Source: Deltaproteobacteria bacterium (GTDB taxonomy: Bacteria > Desulfobacterota > BSN033 > UBA1163). From it: a stretch of DNA of 64,000 bases. Of the stretch, positions 63,909 to 64,000 are shown piece by piece (positions within the stretch are counted from its first letter, which is position 1; each line of letters starts with the position of its first letter). Both the position numbers and the translations under genes were made by a program. The stretch is taken from contig JAGXTA010000033.1 of assembly GCA_018333535.1 (NCBI GenBank), forward strand, positions 10,626 through 74,625, given 5' to 3'. The notes under the pieces are model-generated. The model saw nothing but the letters and a program-made list of their open reading frames with translations. It did not search any database and was not told where the DNA came from.

Positions 63909-64000
63909 GGGTCAAATTCCGGTGGGGTTGGGTCTCATGGATATTCCAACAAAAGCCTATTCTTCAAAAGGGGCTGAGCCTACGGTCACGAGGGAGAGAG

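Overview
This is a 64-kb bacterial chromosomal segment with about 60 credible protein genes. I recognised no rRNA, tRNA, CRISPR array, transposase, integrase or phage gene. I cannot name the organism. FeoB, an Mbh/Mrp-type membrane module, DUF362/DUF2284 Fe-S proteins, a Memo-AMMECR1 fusion and def-fmt-DUF116-rsmB suggest an uncultured anaerobe or microaerophile. The ORF track treats ATG, GTG and TTG as Met and often over-extends N-termini. I re-set several starts using Shine-Dalgarno sequences and ATGA/TTGA stop-start overlaps.

Gene layout:
- 1-9.5 kb: a co-directional cluster of a UbiD decarboxylase (5' partial), an M29/NicX-fold protein, a cupin, a three-subunit Mo-hydroxylase (FAD, 2Fe-2S, Mo) and the TctB/A/C carboxylate transporter, followed by alanine dehydrogenase.
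- 11-14.7 kb: cmk-ispH-rpsA.
- 14.9-18.3 kb, minus strand: iron module fur-feoB-small Cys-rich ORF-dtxR/feoA.
- 18.4-22.9 kb: DHH phosphoesterase, ComB, a PNPOx-like protein, DUF362-ferredoxin and truA.
- 22.9-25.1 kb: gene-poor stretch with a DUF2284 protein and orphan small ORFs.
- 25.1-30.9 kb: a second DUF362, an EF-G2-type paralogue, dtd and the Memo-AMMECR1 fusion.
- 30.9-38.8 kb, minus strand: an 11-gene Mrp/Mbh-like antiporter module with three large antiporter subunits.
- 39.2-44.6 kb: two K+ uptake systems.
- 44.6-60.6 kb: rsmI, a HEAT-repeat/HD-GYP pair, a half-size MazG, ileS-lspA-lgt-def-fmt-DUF116-htpX-rsmB-rpe and a DsbA-like protein.
- 60.6-64 kb: a decayed accessory edge with an HTH remnant, a Tat-DUF362, an AT-rich gap, a frameshifted DUF1016 nuclease and a helicase N-terminal remnant.

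The most striking thing I can read directly is the repeat load. Two MITE families have related termini and 5-bp target duplications. One of them is present as two 100 percent identical inverted copies 30 kb apart. At least six further palindromic or word-type repeat families fill almost every intergenic gap, and some extend into coding sequence.

I cannot point to one unambiguous new multi-gene system. The best candidates are the UbiD/NicX-like/Mo-hydroxylase/TTT cluster, the MITE families, the Memo-AMMECR1 fusion and the doubly regulated feo module. All homology calls were made by eye from motifs, without searches.
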